Assembly: GCA_037305845.1 (NCBI GenBank)
Contig: CP147778.1
Coordinates: 1,408,001 to 1,472,000 of the forward strand
DNA length: 64,000 nucleotides
Source: Candidatus Freyarchaeum deiterrae
Lineage (GTDB): Archaea; Asgardarchaeota; Jordiarchaeia; Jordiarchaeales; Jordiarchaeaceae
Direction: 5' to 3'
Part shown: positions 19,332 through 29,583 of the stretch, in pieces
Layout of the letters: every line of letters begins with the position of its first letter
Numbering within the stretch: position 1 is the stretch's first letter
The notes under the pieces: model-generated
The model's database searches: none
What the model saw: the letters and a program-made list of their open reading frames with translations, nothing else
What the model was told of the DNA's origin: nothing
Translations under genes and position numbers: made by a program

Positions 19332-19497
19332 GGGCCGTTAGCTCAGGGGCGCAACGAAACCGTTGAACCGAGAAATTAGGTAGAGCGTCTGACTTCGGTG
19401 GACTTCCCCCCGAAGGGTGAAGCTTTTAACCAGGCGGTCGCGGGAAGCTTCTGAAACTTATCGGGGCTCGCGAATTCAAATCCTGCACGGCCCGCCA
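19332..19497 (+). tRNA. tRNA-Lys(TTT) with three BHB introns: 15/16 (19347-19375), 30/31 (19392-19421), 53/54 (19445-19474)
   Basis: Acceptor GGGCCGT/ACGGCCC-G-CCA; anticodon TTT 19425-19427; splicing restores GCTC-AGTTAGGTA-GAGC, TCTGG/CCAGG and GCGGG-TTCAAAT-CCTGC. Confidence 0.92.
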
Positions 19498-19690
19498 AAA
19501 CTCATTCAGATTTTCTGTATTGAAAATTGAATGTTTTAGGTTGAAAAATTTGAGAGTTGTATGATAGAATAAGAATATAAAGTGCTTTGTTTTAGTTTTT
19601 CATTGTTGTTAGTTTCTTGTAGTCGCGTGGGATGGTTTAAAACAGATTTATAGTTTGTTTGTGATTGGTTGATTCCTAGAAGTGGTTGTT

Positions 19691-22600
19691 ATGTCTAATG
19701 GTGAACAGTTGGATAATTGGCGTATTGTGGAAGCTTTCATCGAGGAAAATGGTCTGGTTCGGCAGCACCTAGATTCTTATGACGAGTTTATTAGACATGG
19801 ACTGCAGCAGGTAGTAGACGAGATTGCAGCCATTGAGCCGGAAGGAGAGAATTACTACGTTAGGCTGGGTAAAATTGAGATAGGGAAGCCTACAGTGAAA
19901 GAGGCTGACGGCTCAACCATGCCGGTTTTTCCCAACGAGGCCCGCATCCGTAACCTGACATATGCCTCAAACCTTCACTTGGAGATGGCTATAGTTTATA
20001 GTGACGAACGGGGAGGAGATACTGAAGAAGCCCCAGTTGAGGTTTACATAGGCAGAATTCCAATCATGTTAAAATCCGAAAAGTGTCCCCTTTCCCAGTT
20101 GAGCAGGGAGGAACTCATAACTCTGGGAGAGGATCCCGATGACCCGGGAGGCTACTTTATTATAAATGGAAGTGAGAGGGTTCTGGTCACTCAGGAAGAC
20201 CTCGCCCCTAACCGTATCCTTATTGAGGAGGCTAATAAGAGCAGTTCATCCACCCACGTTGCTAAAGTTTTTAGCACAGCTCAAGGTTTCCGAGCCCCAG
20301 TAACTATGGAGCGACGACGAGACGGCTCCCTCAGGATTTCTTTCCCCTCGGTTCCCGGAAAGATTCCGCTAGTAGTTTTAATGCGCGCCCTCGGGCTGGA
20401 GAGTGATAAACAGATCGCCGAGGCGATTTCCGATGAGGATGAGATTGTCCGCGAATTAATTCCCTCAATTGAGGCGGCGTCTACAATTATCTCCCGTGAC
20501 GAGTCACTTGACTACGTTGGCAAGCGTGTCGCCGTGGGTCAGACCAGAGACTACCGCCTGAAGAGAGCGGAACAGGTTCTGGACCGGTACCTTCTCCCAC
20601 ACATCGGTACTGACGCTAAGGACCGGTTAAGAAAAGCGTTCTACCTGGGCCAGATGGCTTCGCATATTATTGAGTTGGCTCTCGGCAAGAGAACCGAGGA
20701 TGATAAGGACCATTACGCTAATAAGAGATTGAAGCTCGCCGGTGACCTGCTGATGAGCTTGTTCCGGGTGGCTTTCCTCAGCCTCTGCAGAGACATTAAA
20801 TACCAGCTTGAGAGAAACGCCGTCAGAGGCAGACGGAGAAACATCAAGACTGCAGTTCGTGCAGACGTAATTACAGACCGCTTACATCACGCGCTCGCAA
20901 CAGGAAACTGGGTAGGCGGCAAAGCCGGAGTAAGCCAGCTTCTAGACAGAACCAATTATATGTCCGCCCTCAGCCACCTCAGAAGAGTCGTTTCTCCCTT
21001 GAGCAGAAGCCAGCCTCACTTCGAAGCTCGAGACCTGCACCCCACCCACTGGGGCAAAATCTGCCCTAACGAGACACCAGAAGGACCTAACTGTGGACTA
21101 GTTAAAAACCTAGCGCTCCTAGCTTACATATCCGTAGGCGCAGACGAAAAGGAGATTGAAAGCGTCTTCGTGGATCTAGGTGTGCAACCCATAGAAGAGA
21201 TAAAGAGAGAGAAGGGAGCCAAAGGCGCCCAAGTCTACGTCAACGGTCGACTGATAGGAGTACACATGCAACCTCTAGTCCTCGTAGCGGAAGTAAAGAA
21301 GCGGAGGAGAAGCGGCCAAATAAACAATGAGGTAAACATCGCCTACTACTCCGACACTAACGAGATACAGACCAACTGCGACCAAGGACGAGCAAGACGC
21401 CCCCTAATAATAGTGGAAAACAAGACCACCAAATACACCACAGAACACGCGACAAAACTCAGAAGCAAGGAATGGAAGTTCAGCGACCTAATACGCAGAG
21501 GAATAGTGGAATTCCTAGACGCAGAAGAAGAAGAAAACACCCACATAGCAATGACCCCACCGGACATAAACGAGAAAACCACCCACATAGAAATCGCGCC
21601 CACTTCAATCCTTGGAATATCTGCATCCATAATACCCTACCCCGAACACAACCAAAGCCCAAGAAACACTTATGAAGCTGGAATGGTAAAACAAGCCCTC
21701 GGATTATTCGCAGCCAACTACCGAACAAGAGCAGACACACGCGCCCATCTACTCCACTACCCACAAACCCCAATGGTGAACACAAAATCAACCACACCCA
21801 CAGGATTCGACAAAAGACCTGCAGGACAAAACTTCATAGTAGCAGTAATATCCTACGAAGGATACAACATAGAAGACGCCATAATAATAAACCAAGCCTC
21901 CATACAACGCGGACTAGGAAGATCAACCTTCTTCAGAAGCTACGAAGCTGAAGAAAGGAAATACCCCGGAGGACAAGAAGATAAATTCGAAATACCCGAC
22001 CGCAGCGTCAGAGGATACCGCGCCGCAGAAGCCTACCGCCACCTATCCGACGACGGAATAATCGAACCCGAAGTCGAAGTCCTAGGCGGAGAAATAATAA
22101 TAGGAAGAACAAGCCCCCCAAGATTCCTAGAAGAAAACGCAGGCTTCGAACTACCCACCCAAACCCGAAGAGAAACCTCAACCAGCATGCGACACGGAGA
22201 ACTAGGAACCGTAGACACAGTAAGCGTAACCGAAACCATAGACGGAAACAGACTAGTCAAAGTCAAAATCAGAGACCTAAGAATACCCGAACTAGGCGAT
22301 AAATTCGCAACACGCCACGGACAAAAAGGAATAATCGGACTAATAGTACCCCAAGAAGACCTACCCTTCACAGAAGACGGCGTAGTCCCAGACCTCATAG
22401 TCAACCCACATGCAGTACCATCACGAATGACCATAGGACAAATAATAGAATCCATAGCCGGAAAAGTAGGCGCACTCAGCGGAAGAAGAATAGACGGCAC
22501 AGCGTTCAGCGGCGAACCACTAAAAGACCTATACAAAGAACTGACCAGCAGAGGCTTCAAACACAACGGTAGAGAAGTAATGTACAACGGAATAACCGGA

Positions 22601-23032
22601 AGAAAATACGAAGCAGACATATTCATAGGAGTCGTATACTACCAAAAACTACACCACATGGTATCAGACAAAATCCACGCCAGAGCCAGAGGACCAGTAC
22701 AAATACTAACAAGACAACCGACAGAAGGACGAGCCAGAGAAGGCGGACTCAGATTCGGAGAAATGGAAAGAGACTGCCTCATAGGCCACGGAAGTGCGCT
22801 AATTTTGAAGGAGAAGCTTGTCGATGAGAGTGATAAGACTACTTCTCTTGTTTGTGAGGATTGTGGTATGCTCGCCGTGTACGATAAGAATAAGGGTCGT
22901 TACTATTGTCCGCTTTGTGGTGAGGATATTCGGGTTTCCAAGGTTAACATGAGCTACGCCTTCAAACTGTTGTTGCAGGAGCTTATGGCTTTGGGTATTG
23001 CTCCGCGTCTTAAGCTTGCGGAGAAAACTTGA
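19691..23032 (+). CDS. rpoB: DNA-directed RNA polymerase subunit B (unsplit Rpo2)
   Basis: GGYFIINGSERV, ETPEGPNCGL, GDKFATRHGQKG, QKLHHMV, GGLRFGEMERD. Confidence 0.98.
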   Translation: MSNGEQLDNWRIVEAFIEENGLVRQHLDSYDEFIRHGLQQVVDEIAAIEPEGENYYVRLGKIEIGKPTVKEADGSTMPVFPNEARIRNLTYASNLHLEMAIVYSDERGGDTEEAPVEVYIGRIPIMLKSEKCPLSQLSREELITLGEDPDDPGGYFIINGSERVLVTQEDLAPNRILIEEANKSSSSTHVAKVFSTAQGFRAPVTMERRRDGSLRISFPSVPGKIPLVVLMRALGLESDKQIAEAISDEDEIVRELIPSIEAASTIISRDESLDYVGKRVAVGQTRDYRLKRAEQVLDRYLLPHIGTDAKDRLRKAFYLGQMASHIIELALGKRTEDDKDHYANKRLKLAGDLLMSLFRVAFLSLCRDIKYQLERNAVRGRRRNIKTAVRADVITDRLHHALATGNWVGGKAGVSQLLDRTNYMSALSHLRRVVSPLSRSQPHFEARDLHPTHWGKICPNETPEGPNCGLVKNLALLAYISVGADEKEIESVFVDLGVQPIEEIKREKGAKGAQVYVNGRLIGVHMQPLVLVAEVKKRRRSGQINNEVNIAYYSDTNEIQTNCDQGRARRPLIIVENKTTKYTTEHATKLRSKEWKFSDLIRRGIVEFLDAEEEENTHIAMTPPDINEKTTHIEIAPTSILGISASIIPYPEHNQSPRNTYEAGMVKQALGLFAANYRTRADTRAHLLHYPQTPMVNTKSTTPTGFDKRPAGQNFIVAVISYEGYNIEDAIIINQASIQRGLGRSTFFRSYEAEERKYPGGQEDKFEIPDRSVRGYRAAEAYRHLSDDGIIEPEVEVLGGEIIIGRTSPPRFLEENAGFELPTQTRRETSTSMRHGELGTVDTVSVTETIDGNRLVKVKIRDLRIPELGDKFATRHGQKGIIGLIVPQEDLPFTEDGVVPDLIVNPHAVPSRMTIGQIIESIAGKVGALSGRRIDGTAFSGEPLKDLYKELTSRGFKHNGREVMYNGITGRKYEADIFIGVVYYQKLHHMVSDKIHARARGPVQILTRQPTEGRAREGGLRFGEMERDCLIGHGSALILKEKLVDESDKTTSLVCEDCGMLAVYDKNKGRYYCPLCGEDIRVSKVNMSYAFKLLLQELMALGIAPRLKLAEKT

Positions 23033-23077
23033 GCGAGGGTTTTCTCCTATAAAAAAATTTTAATTTATTTTTCTTAT

Positions 23078-23512
23078 TTAGCCGAATTGGTCGGTTATCA
23101 TTAGGTCTTTCATTTTTTCTATTTCGGGTAGTTGGTCGACTTTTTTTTGTTTGAAGAGGGAGTAGCTTTCCATGTTTTTGCTTTTTACCATTGCTATGAT
23201 GTCGTAGACTCCGCTTGTGCAGATGTACACTTTGATGACTTCTGGGTATTTGGCTATTTTTTTTGCAGTTTCTTGTGTTTTTTGGTGGTTGGTTTCGATT
23301 AAAAGTATTGCTAGTATATCGTAGCCTAGTTTTCTCCAGTCTATGGATATTGTGAATTTTTTGATTGTTTCTAGGTCTAGTAGTTTTTTTATTCTGTTTG
23401 TAACTGTACCAGCGCTTACTCCGGTTTTTAGTGATATTTCTTTCACTTGTGAGCGAGAGTCATTCTCTAGTATGTCTAGGATTTTTCGGTCTAGTTTGTC
23501 GAGGATTTTCAA
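23078..23512 (-). CDS. Lrp/AsnC transcriptional regulator
   Basis: LDKLDRKIL..L..DSR, HTH, SGVYDI. Confidence 0.9.
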   Translation of the reverse strand: MKILDKLDRKILDILENDSRSQVKEISLKTGVSAGTVTNRIKKLLDLETIKKFTISIDWRKLGYDILAILLIETNHQKTQETAKKIAKYPEVIKVYICTSGVYDIIAMVKSKNMESYSLFKQKKVDQLPEIEKMKDLMITDQFG

Positions 23513-23710
23513 GGCTTGGCCCCTCGGTTTGATTAACCAAGAATGGTTAAAGGAAGGATATAAGTATGCTGGTAATTTTTTTAATGAAATTTTTCGAAAG
23601 CGTAAAAAATATGTTTAATTATTATAGAGAAACGAAAATCGGATTAAATTGAAGTTGGGTAAGTTAGAAATGTGGTTTTTTTGGGATTTGAATTATGATG
23701 TGGTGGAGTG

Positions 23711-24127
23711 TTAGAGTAGCTTGTTGATCAGGCCTTTCTCGATAGCGGGGGAATAGTTATTTTTTTGGGTGGTCAACACTCCTTCAGCTTTCTTTAAACT
23801 TGTGACTGAAAGGACGAAGGCTTCTTCCACACCGACGGAATATGAGTTCATGATTTGTCCTGCGTCGGTAGCGATTCCTATATCGCATACTACTATGATT
23901 ACATTCAGGGTTTGCCTTAAAACTGCGAGCATTAAATCTATGTACTCGCCTTTTCCCTCTTGGAGGCTTTTTGAAGCAAAAAAGGCGATGGAAATCGTGG
24001 AGACGAAGATTCGATTCCCCTCAGCTTTTGCTTTTCCCCAAATTTCAGTGGTTTCTTCGTTTCCCTCAATAAGGCTTAAGAGGAAGGACGAATCCGCAAC
24101 AAGAATCAAGTTAATATCACCCAACAA
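23711..24127 (-). CDS. PIN-domain-like protein (degenerate)
   Basis: LVADSSFLLSL and S.ISI.. PIN-like pattern; later acidic residues appear absent. Confidence 0.6.
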   Translation of the reverse strand: MLGDINLILVADSSFLLSLIEGNEETTEIWGKAKAEGNRIFVSTISIAFFASKSLQEGKGEYIDLMLAVLRQTLNVIIVVCDIGIATDAGQIMNSYSVGVEEAFVLSVTSLKKAEGVLTTQKNNYSPAIEKGLINKLL

Positions 24128-24286
24128 CTCGTACTGTCGAAGATTGCAGTCGGCTGAACATTAATTATAACTCATTAACTGAAAAACAATAAAAACATTG
24201 CTACGGAAACAGAAAATAGTTGGAAAACTTGTGTGTTTCTCAATAAAAAAGGCGTAATTATGAGTGGGGCAAAACAGAGAAGTGTG

Positions 24287-25039
24287 TTATAAGTTGTCTC
24301 CGCAGCTGCAGAAGATTTCGTGGAGGAGGTCGAAGAGTTCTTCATATCCTTCTCGGTTTATTATTGATGTTGCGATTACTCTCACGGAGGGGTGTACTTT
24401 TTTTATGATTTTGAGCGCGTCTAGTGCTAGATCCGTGATTACTCCTCTCTGCTCCATGGTGGTTATTTTCTCTCTGAGCAATTCGGGGTCGTTGAGCATT
24501 TCTATAAACTCTTTGGACTTCAGCATGTCTGATTTGTGCAGGACAGTTATCAGACTAACCCCTAGTTGAATCTGGATGGCTATGCTCATTAGAAGAGCAA
24601 CGACGAATCCGGTGGTGGTGGGGGAGGTGTCTGCGCCTAGTAAGAAGATTCCGCATACCCGCATATCGCGAAGTTTTTCCATGAACAGGCTTCCGGTAGG
24701 TTTGAACGCAAAGACTTCTAACTGGCCCGGGGTATCAATTAATACGTAGTCAGCTTCGGTTTTTTTCATCCGTTCTATGATTTGATCTGACGACTCGTAT
24801 ATCATTTGGCTGGCTCTTATTATGGAGGCATTCGGACCTATGTGCTCTTTTTTCATTATTTCTGAAACTCGAAAAAAGTTCCTTATATCGAAATCCGGAA
24901 CGTAGGGCAGATACTCTGCCCCGGCGTCTAGATTAAAAAATTTTACTTTGTAACCTTTTTCGGCTAGGAACCCGCCGAAGCTTCCTGCCAGTGAGGTCTT
25001 TCCTGATCCCGCTGGTCCCAAAAAGGGAATTGCGAACAT
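24287..25039 (-). CDS. GPN-loop GTPase
   Basis: GPAGSGKT, NLDAG, IGPNAS, DTPGQLE, C-terminal CSCGD. Confidence 0.92.
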   Translation of the reverse strand: MFAIPFLGPAGSGKTSLAGSFGGFLAEKGYKVKFFNLDAGAEYLPYVPDFDIRNFFRVSEIMKKEHIGPNASIIRASQMIYESSDQIIERMKKTEADYVLIDTPGQLEVFAFKPTGSLFMEKLRDMRVCGIFLLGADTSPTTTGFVVALLMSIAIQIQLGVSLITVLHKSDMLKSKEFIEMLNDPELLREKITTMEQRGVITDLALDALKIIKKVHPSVRVIATSIINREGYEELFDLLHEIFCSCGDNL

Positions 25040-25266
25040 TTGTATTATCCCTACCTATCAATTTAAAATGAGAATTTAAAAATTAATTTTTATTTAGACG
25101 CGTGGTAATTTTGTTACTTTTTATACACTATGATTGGAGTATTGAAGAATTTTTAATCTTTTTTCTGAGATTTACTGTTAAGAATTGAAAAATCGTTTGT
25201 GTCAGTAATAAAACATGTGTCATATGGTGGAAATAACTAAAAAGAGAGGTTTATGAGTGGTTCCGC

Positions 25267-25548
25267 TTAAGCTAATTTTATTTCGGTTCCAATAGCTTGT
25301 CCTGGTAGACCGTGTTTGAAGTGGGCGCTTACTACGCCGTTTTTACCGTGAATCTTCGTGATTTTTCCTCTCATCTCTTTCCCTGAAGTGGTTTTCCATA
25401 TTACTGTTTTACCAATAAATTTGGCGGCTTCTTTGTCAGAATCGATTCCCTGTATCTTGATTAGCATGTATTTGTTTCTTTGGGTTCGTATTCCGTGGAC
25501 GTAATTTAAGATGGAACATTTTCTTCCGATAACTGTCTTGTCAGACAT
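25267..25548 (-). CDS. rpl35ae: 50S ribosomal protein L35Ae (eL33)
   Basis: GKITKIHGKNGVV.A.F..GLPGQAIG. Confidence 0.93.
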   Translation of the reverse strand: MSDKTVIGRKCSILNYVHGIRTQRNKYMLIKIQGIDSDKEAAKFIGKTVIWKTTSGKEMRGKITKIHGKNGVVSAHFKHGLPGQAIGTEIKLA

Positions 25549-25816
25549 TTTTAGCACCTTCACACGATGGTTTCTAGGGTAAATTAGCAGCGTCCTCTAA
25601 AAAGGATTATGGTTAATTCTGTACATGCGTCACATAAATATGTATTATTTTTTGAATTAGAATTTTTAAATATTTGGTTTGAGTTACAATCAAAATTAAA
25701 ACAAGTGGCAAATCGGTAATCATAGTTTATTTTTGCTTTGAGTTAGTGTATTTGCGAAACATTTAATACCATGTTTATGTTAATGGTGGAATACTATTGT
25801 AAGGTGGTTTGGATTT

Positions 25817-25880
25817 GGTGATGCCCTGCCAATATCTAATGACTGGACTTGGATGTGGTGGTTCGGTGATGCCCTGCCAA
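25817..25880 (+). repeat. 16-bp direct repeat GGTGATGCCCTGCCAA x2 in the asd leader
   Basis: Identical copies at 25817-25832 and 25865-25880 (48-nt period). Confidence 0.85.
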
Positions 25881-26050
25881 ACATGCTTTTAAGTCTACAC
25901 CATATTGCTTTTTTTAGTTTGAATTCGATTTTCAGAGAGTGCAAAATTAAAATGCTGCTTTTAGAGGGAATGAACTGTGAATGCAGATGAGGGTATAGTA
26001 GTTAAATTTGGAGTTTGTGTCTGAATTAAAAAGAAACTGGAGGTTAAAGA

Positions 26051-27127
26051 TTGAAGAAGATAGACGTGTCAATTTTGGGTTGCACCGGTACGGTCGGTCA
26101 AAGATTAATAGAGATGCTTTCTAACCATCCCTGGTTCAACATTGTCTCTATCGCGGCTTCGGAGAGATCATCTGGTAAAACTTACAGAGATGCTGCGGTA
26201 AACTGGTATTTGCCAGAGGATATTCCTAAAGATTTGGGAGATATGATGGTGGTTAATACTGATCCAAGTGAGGCCGCAGCTCCTCTTGTTATTTCTGCTC
26301 TGCCTTCGGATGTAGCTAAAGACGTGGAAAGGAAATTCGCTGAGTCGGGTTGTGTGGTTGAGAGTAAGGCTAGTGCCTATAGGATGGAAAAGGACGTCCC
26401 CCTGATTATCCCTGAGGTAAACCCGGATCATGTTAAACTATTAGACGTTCAAAAAGAGAATCGGGAATGGGACGGATGCATAGTTACCGATCCCAATTGT
26501 ACGGCTATGGGTTTGATTATGGTTCTCAAGCCCATTCACGACCGTTTCAAACTTGATACAGTATACGTAAGCACGATGCAAGCTATTTCTGGAGCGGGTC
26601 TTCCCGGTGTACCCGGACTACTGATCACTGATAACGTGATACCGTTCATTAAAGACGAAGAGCAAAAAGTGATGAATGAAACTCGTAAAGTTTTAGGCAA
26701 AATTGAGAATAAGCAGGTTAAGTTAGCAGATTTCAAAATAGCGGCTTCATGTAACAGAGTCCCAGTGGTTGAGGGACACACTGAAACCGTTTTCATTAAA
26801 ACCAAAGAACCCGCGAACGTTGAAGAAGTTAAAAAATTGCTCAGAGAGTTTAAAGGCGAACCCGCAAAACTGGGTTTACCTAATGCGCCCAAAAACCCGA
26901 TAATAGTTAGAGATGAAATAGATAGACCTCAGCCACGTTTAGACCGTGATGCAGGCACTGTTCCAGGGATGAGCGTGACTGTTGGAAGAATAAGACCGGG
27001 TTTCGACGAGAATTCATTACTCTTGACGCTTGTTAGTCACAATACCATTAGAGGCGCGGCGGGAAACGCGGTGCTTAACGCGGAACTCCTTTACGCGAAA
27101 AATCTTCTGGGAGGCTCAAGAAATTGA
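26051..27127 (+). CDS. asd: Aspartate-semialdehyde dehydrogenase
   Basis: [44 protein letters not shown]. Confidence 0.95.
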   Translation: MKKIDVSILGCTGTVGQRLIEMLSNHPWFNIVSIAASERSSGKTYRDAAVNWYLPEDIPKDLGDMMVVNTDPSEAAAPLVISALPSDVAKDVERKFAESGCVVESKASAYRMEKDVPLIIPEVNPDHVKLLDVQKENREWDGCIVTDPNCTAMGLIMVLKPIHDRFKLDTVYVSTMQAISGAGLPGVPGLLITDNVIPFIKDEEQKVMNETRKVLGKIENKQVKLADFKIAASCNRVPVVEGHTETVFIKTKEPANVEEVKKLLREFKGEPAKLGLPNAPKNPIIVRDEIDRPQPRLDRDAGTVPGMSVTVGRIRPGFDENSLLLTLVSHNTIRGAAGNAVLNAELLYAKNLLGGSRN

Positions 27128-27906
27128 GAGGAAAAGAAGTTAGGTTGAAACGAATAATAAAAAACGGCAAATCTGTTGTAGTTCCCATGGATCATGGAGT
27201 TACTAATGGTCCCATAAAGGGTTTAGAGAACATAAGGGAAATGGTTGAACTGGTTACACGAGGTGGAGCAACTGCAGTTTTACTTCACAAGGGTATACTA
27301 AGACAGCTAGAAAAGGTACCAGACTGCGGATTAATAATGCATCTCTCAGGAAGCACCGCTTTAGGCCCAGATCCCAATTGGAAAGTTATTGTTGGAACGG
27401 TAGAAGAAGCAGTTAAACTGGGTGTGGATGCGGTTTCCGTACACATTAACGTAGGTAGCGAAAAAGAAAATGAAATGTTAAGGGACCTCGGTCATATATC
27501 AGAAGACTGCGAGAATTGGGGAATGCCTCTAATCGCTATGATGTATCCCCGTGGAAAAAACATCGATGCGTTGGATCCCAAAGCAATTGCTCATATTTCA
27601 AGACTAGGTGCAGAACTCGGAGCAGACATAATAAAAACTCCATTTACTGGAAACGTCAGCACTTTCGAGAAAGTGGTTGAGGGGTGTCCGGTGCCCATTA
27701 TTATTGCTGGAGGTCCTAAGACAGAGACAGACCGCGAAGCTTTACAGATGGTTAAAGATTCTATGGATGCAGGAGCCGTAGGTGTGGCGATGGGAAGAAA
27801 CGCGTTTCAACATGAAAAACCAATGGCTATTGTGAGGGCAGTTTCAGAAATAGTGAAAAATGGAATTTCCGTTGAGGAAGCCTTAGAAATTTTGGAGTCT
27901 ACATAG
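27124..27906 (+). CDS. aroA': 2-amino-3,7-dideoxy-D-threo-hept-6-ulosonate synthase (AroA', MJ0400 type)
   Basis: PMDHG, HLSGST.LGPDP, AMMYPRG, GADIIKT, GRN; lies between asd and DHQ synthase II. Confidence 0.88.
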   Translation: MRGKEVRLKRIIKNGKSVVVPMDHGVTNGPIKGLENIREMVELVTRGGATAVLLHKGILRQLEKVPDCGLIMHLSGSTALGPDPNWKVIVGTVEEAVKLGVDAVSVHINVGSEKENEMLRDLGHISEDCENWGMPLIAMMYPRGKNIDALDPKAIAHISRLGAELGADIIKTPFTGNVSTFEKVVEGCPVPIIIAGGPKTETDREALQMVKDSMDAGAVGVAMGRNAFQHEKPMAIVRAVSEIVKNGISVEEALEILEST

Positions 27907-27908
27907 CA

Positions 27909-28991
27909 ATGAAGAGAATAATAATAAGTTTAAAGGATAATTGGGAAGAAGCAAAGGAGTTAGCGGTAACCTCAATGACTTGTGGAATAAACACTTTCAT
28001 AGCGGATGAATCAATCATACCTCAACTCAGGGAATTAGGCTCTGTGACCGTTTTCTCTTTTTCAAAGAATGCTAAACCCGATGTGCTACTTACCACCGAA
28101 ATAAGCCCTGAAAAAATTTCCAAAGTTATGGAATATGAAAAAAGCGTCTCATGCTGGGTAAAAATTAAAACAAAGAAGGACGAGCAAACGGTGTTAGAAC
28201 TCTCAAAAAGAGGTGTTCCATACATTATTGTAGAAGCTGAGGATTGGAAGATAATACCCCTAGAAAACTTGATAGCAGAACTTCACAAATCTGAAACAGA
28301 ATTATACGCTGAAGCGGAAAGTAGCGAGGAAGTGAAGACCCTCTTTCAAACTCTAGAACTTGGTGTAGATGGAGTAGTTTTTACACCACAAACGGCAAGT
28401 GAAATATCTGAACTAGGGAAAATAATTGAGATGCCTACAAAACTTGATTTGGTTCCAGCAAGAGTCATCGAAGTAAGTGAAGTGGGTTCGGGAGATCGGG
28501 TCTGCATAGATACCTGTTCACTCCTAAGGAAAGGCGAAGGGATGCTAGTAGGCAGTCAATCACAGGGGTTGTTTCTTATCCATAGTGAAACCCTTGAAAC
28601 AGAATTTGCCTCCTCCAGACCATTCAGAGTAAACGCGGGAGCTGTCCACGCTTATGTATTGATGGTGGACAGGAAAACAAAATATCTCTCGGAGCTGGAG
28701 GCCGGAGATAATGTACTTGCAGTTGATTATCTGGGTGTTTGCAGAGAAGTCGTAGTTGGTCGTGTAAAAATAGAAAAAAGGCCTTTACTTCTCATAAAGG
28801 CAAAAATAGATGAGGGAAAAATAGTCCTAAAAACTTTGGTTCAAAACGCTGAAACGGTGAATATAGTAAACAAGGAGGGAAAGCCAGTTTCAGTAGCGAA
28901 GTTGAAACCAGGAGACGAAATACTAGTTTATACTATTACTGGTGGTCGACATTTTGGAAAAACCGTGGAGGAAACAATAATAGAACGATAA
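27909..28991 (+). CDS. aroB': 3-dehydroquinate synthase II (AroB', MJ1249 type)
   Basis: DWKIIPLENL, GDRVCIDT, RPFRVNAGAVH, QNAET, GRHFG. Confidence 0.95.
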   Translation: MKRIIISLKDNWEEAKELAVTSMTCGINTFIADESIIPQLRELGSVTVFSFSKNAKPDVLLTTEISPEKISKVMEYEKSVSCWVKIKTKKDEQTVLELSKRGVPYIIVEAEDWKIIPLENLIAELHKSETELYAEAESSEEVKTLFQTLELGVDGVVFTPQTASEISELGKIIEMPTKLDLVPARVIEVSEVGSGDRVCIDTCSLLRKGEGMLVGSQSQGLFLIHSETLETEFASSRPFRVNAGAVHAYVLMVDRKTKYLSELEAGDNVLAVDYLGVCREVVVGRVKIEKRPLLLIKAKIDEGKIVLKTLVQNAETVNIVNKEGKPVSVAKLKPGDEILVYTITGGRHFGKTVEETIIER

Positions 28992-29040
28992 AAGTTGACT
29001 AAAGGTAAAGAGTTACCCAGATCTTTTAAGTTAAGAGTTA

Positions 29041-29529
29041 TTATCTTTTGTCTTTAAGGTTCAATATAATAGGTTTAAGTTCAAGTTTTTTGTATGCTTC
29101 TTTAATGAACTCTAAATTTTCACTGGGTTTTTTGCCTAGGTAAAGTAAATGGCTCACGCAGTCTCTTTCGCAGTCACTGGCACCAAATTTTCTGCATACC
29201 ACTTTTGCATTTTCTTTAAGCTCTCTCACCACATCATGCTCCTTATTTTCAGCAGCTTTCGCAAAAACTACACCTAAAACTTTGGAGAACTCATGTGAGA
29301 GGAGGTAGTCAATATGCCAGAATTTCTTCTTTTTATTAGAAAGATGCCTCGTTATTCTACCCATTAGACCGCTAGCGCCCTTTCCCATAGCGGAACCGGT
29401 GTATACATAAAATCCAGCGGGAAAGGTAATTTTCCCAAGTTTACCTATCTGAATCAGCGTCTCAGTCTCAAGCTCTATTAGTAGGGAGTAAACACCTTTC
29501 TGGTCAGCTCTAGTAAACATTGTTGTCAC
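29041..29529 (-). CDS. GIY-YIG/DUF123 nuclease-family protein
   Basis: GVY.L, GFYVYTGSA, RI.RH, WHIDYLL, FGASDC..C.SHL. Confidence 0.88.
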   Translation of the reverse strand: MTTMFTRADQKGVYSLLIELETETLIQIGKLGKITFPAGFYVYTGSAMGKGASGLMGRITRHLSNKKKKFWHIDYLLSHEFSKVLGVVFAKAAENKEHDVVRELKENAKVVCRKFGASDCERDCVSHLLYLGKKPSENLEFIKEAYKKLELKPIILNLKDKR

Positions 29530-29583
29530 TAATCTTTAATTAATAGGAGAAGAGGGAGTATTTTGAAGCGTGTTGAGAGATTT

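Noticed and set aside
25817-25880. Mini-CRISPR (repeat, 32-nt spacer, repeat)
   Set aside because: Only two 16-bp copies, too short for CRISPR repeats, and no cas genes
29041-29529. GIY-YIG gene as a homing endonuclease or mobile element
   Set aside because: DUF123-type stand-alone housekeeping family; no intron, TIR or transposase context
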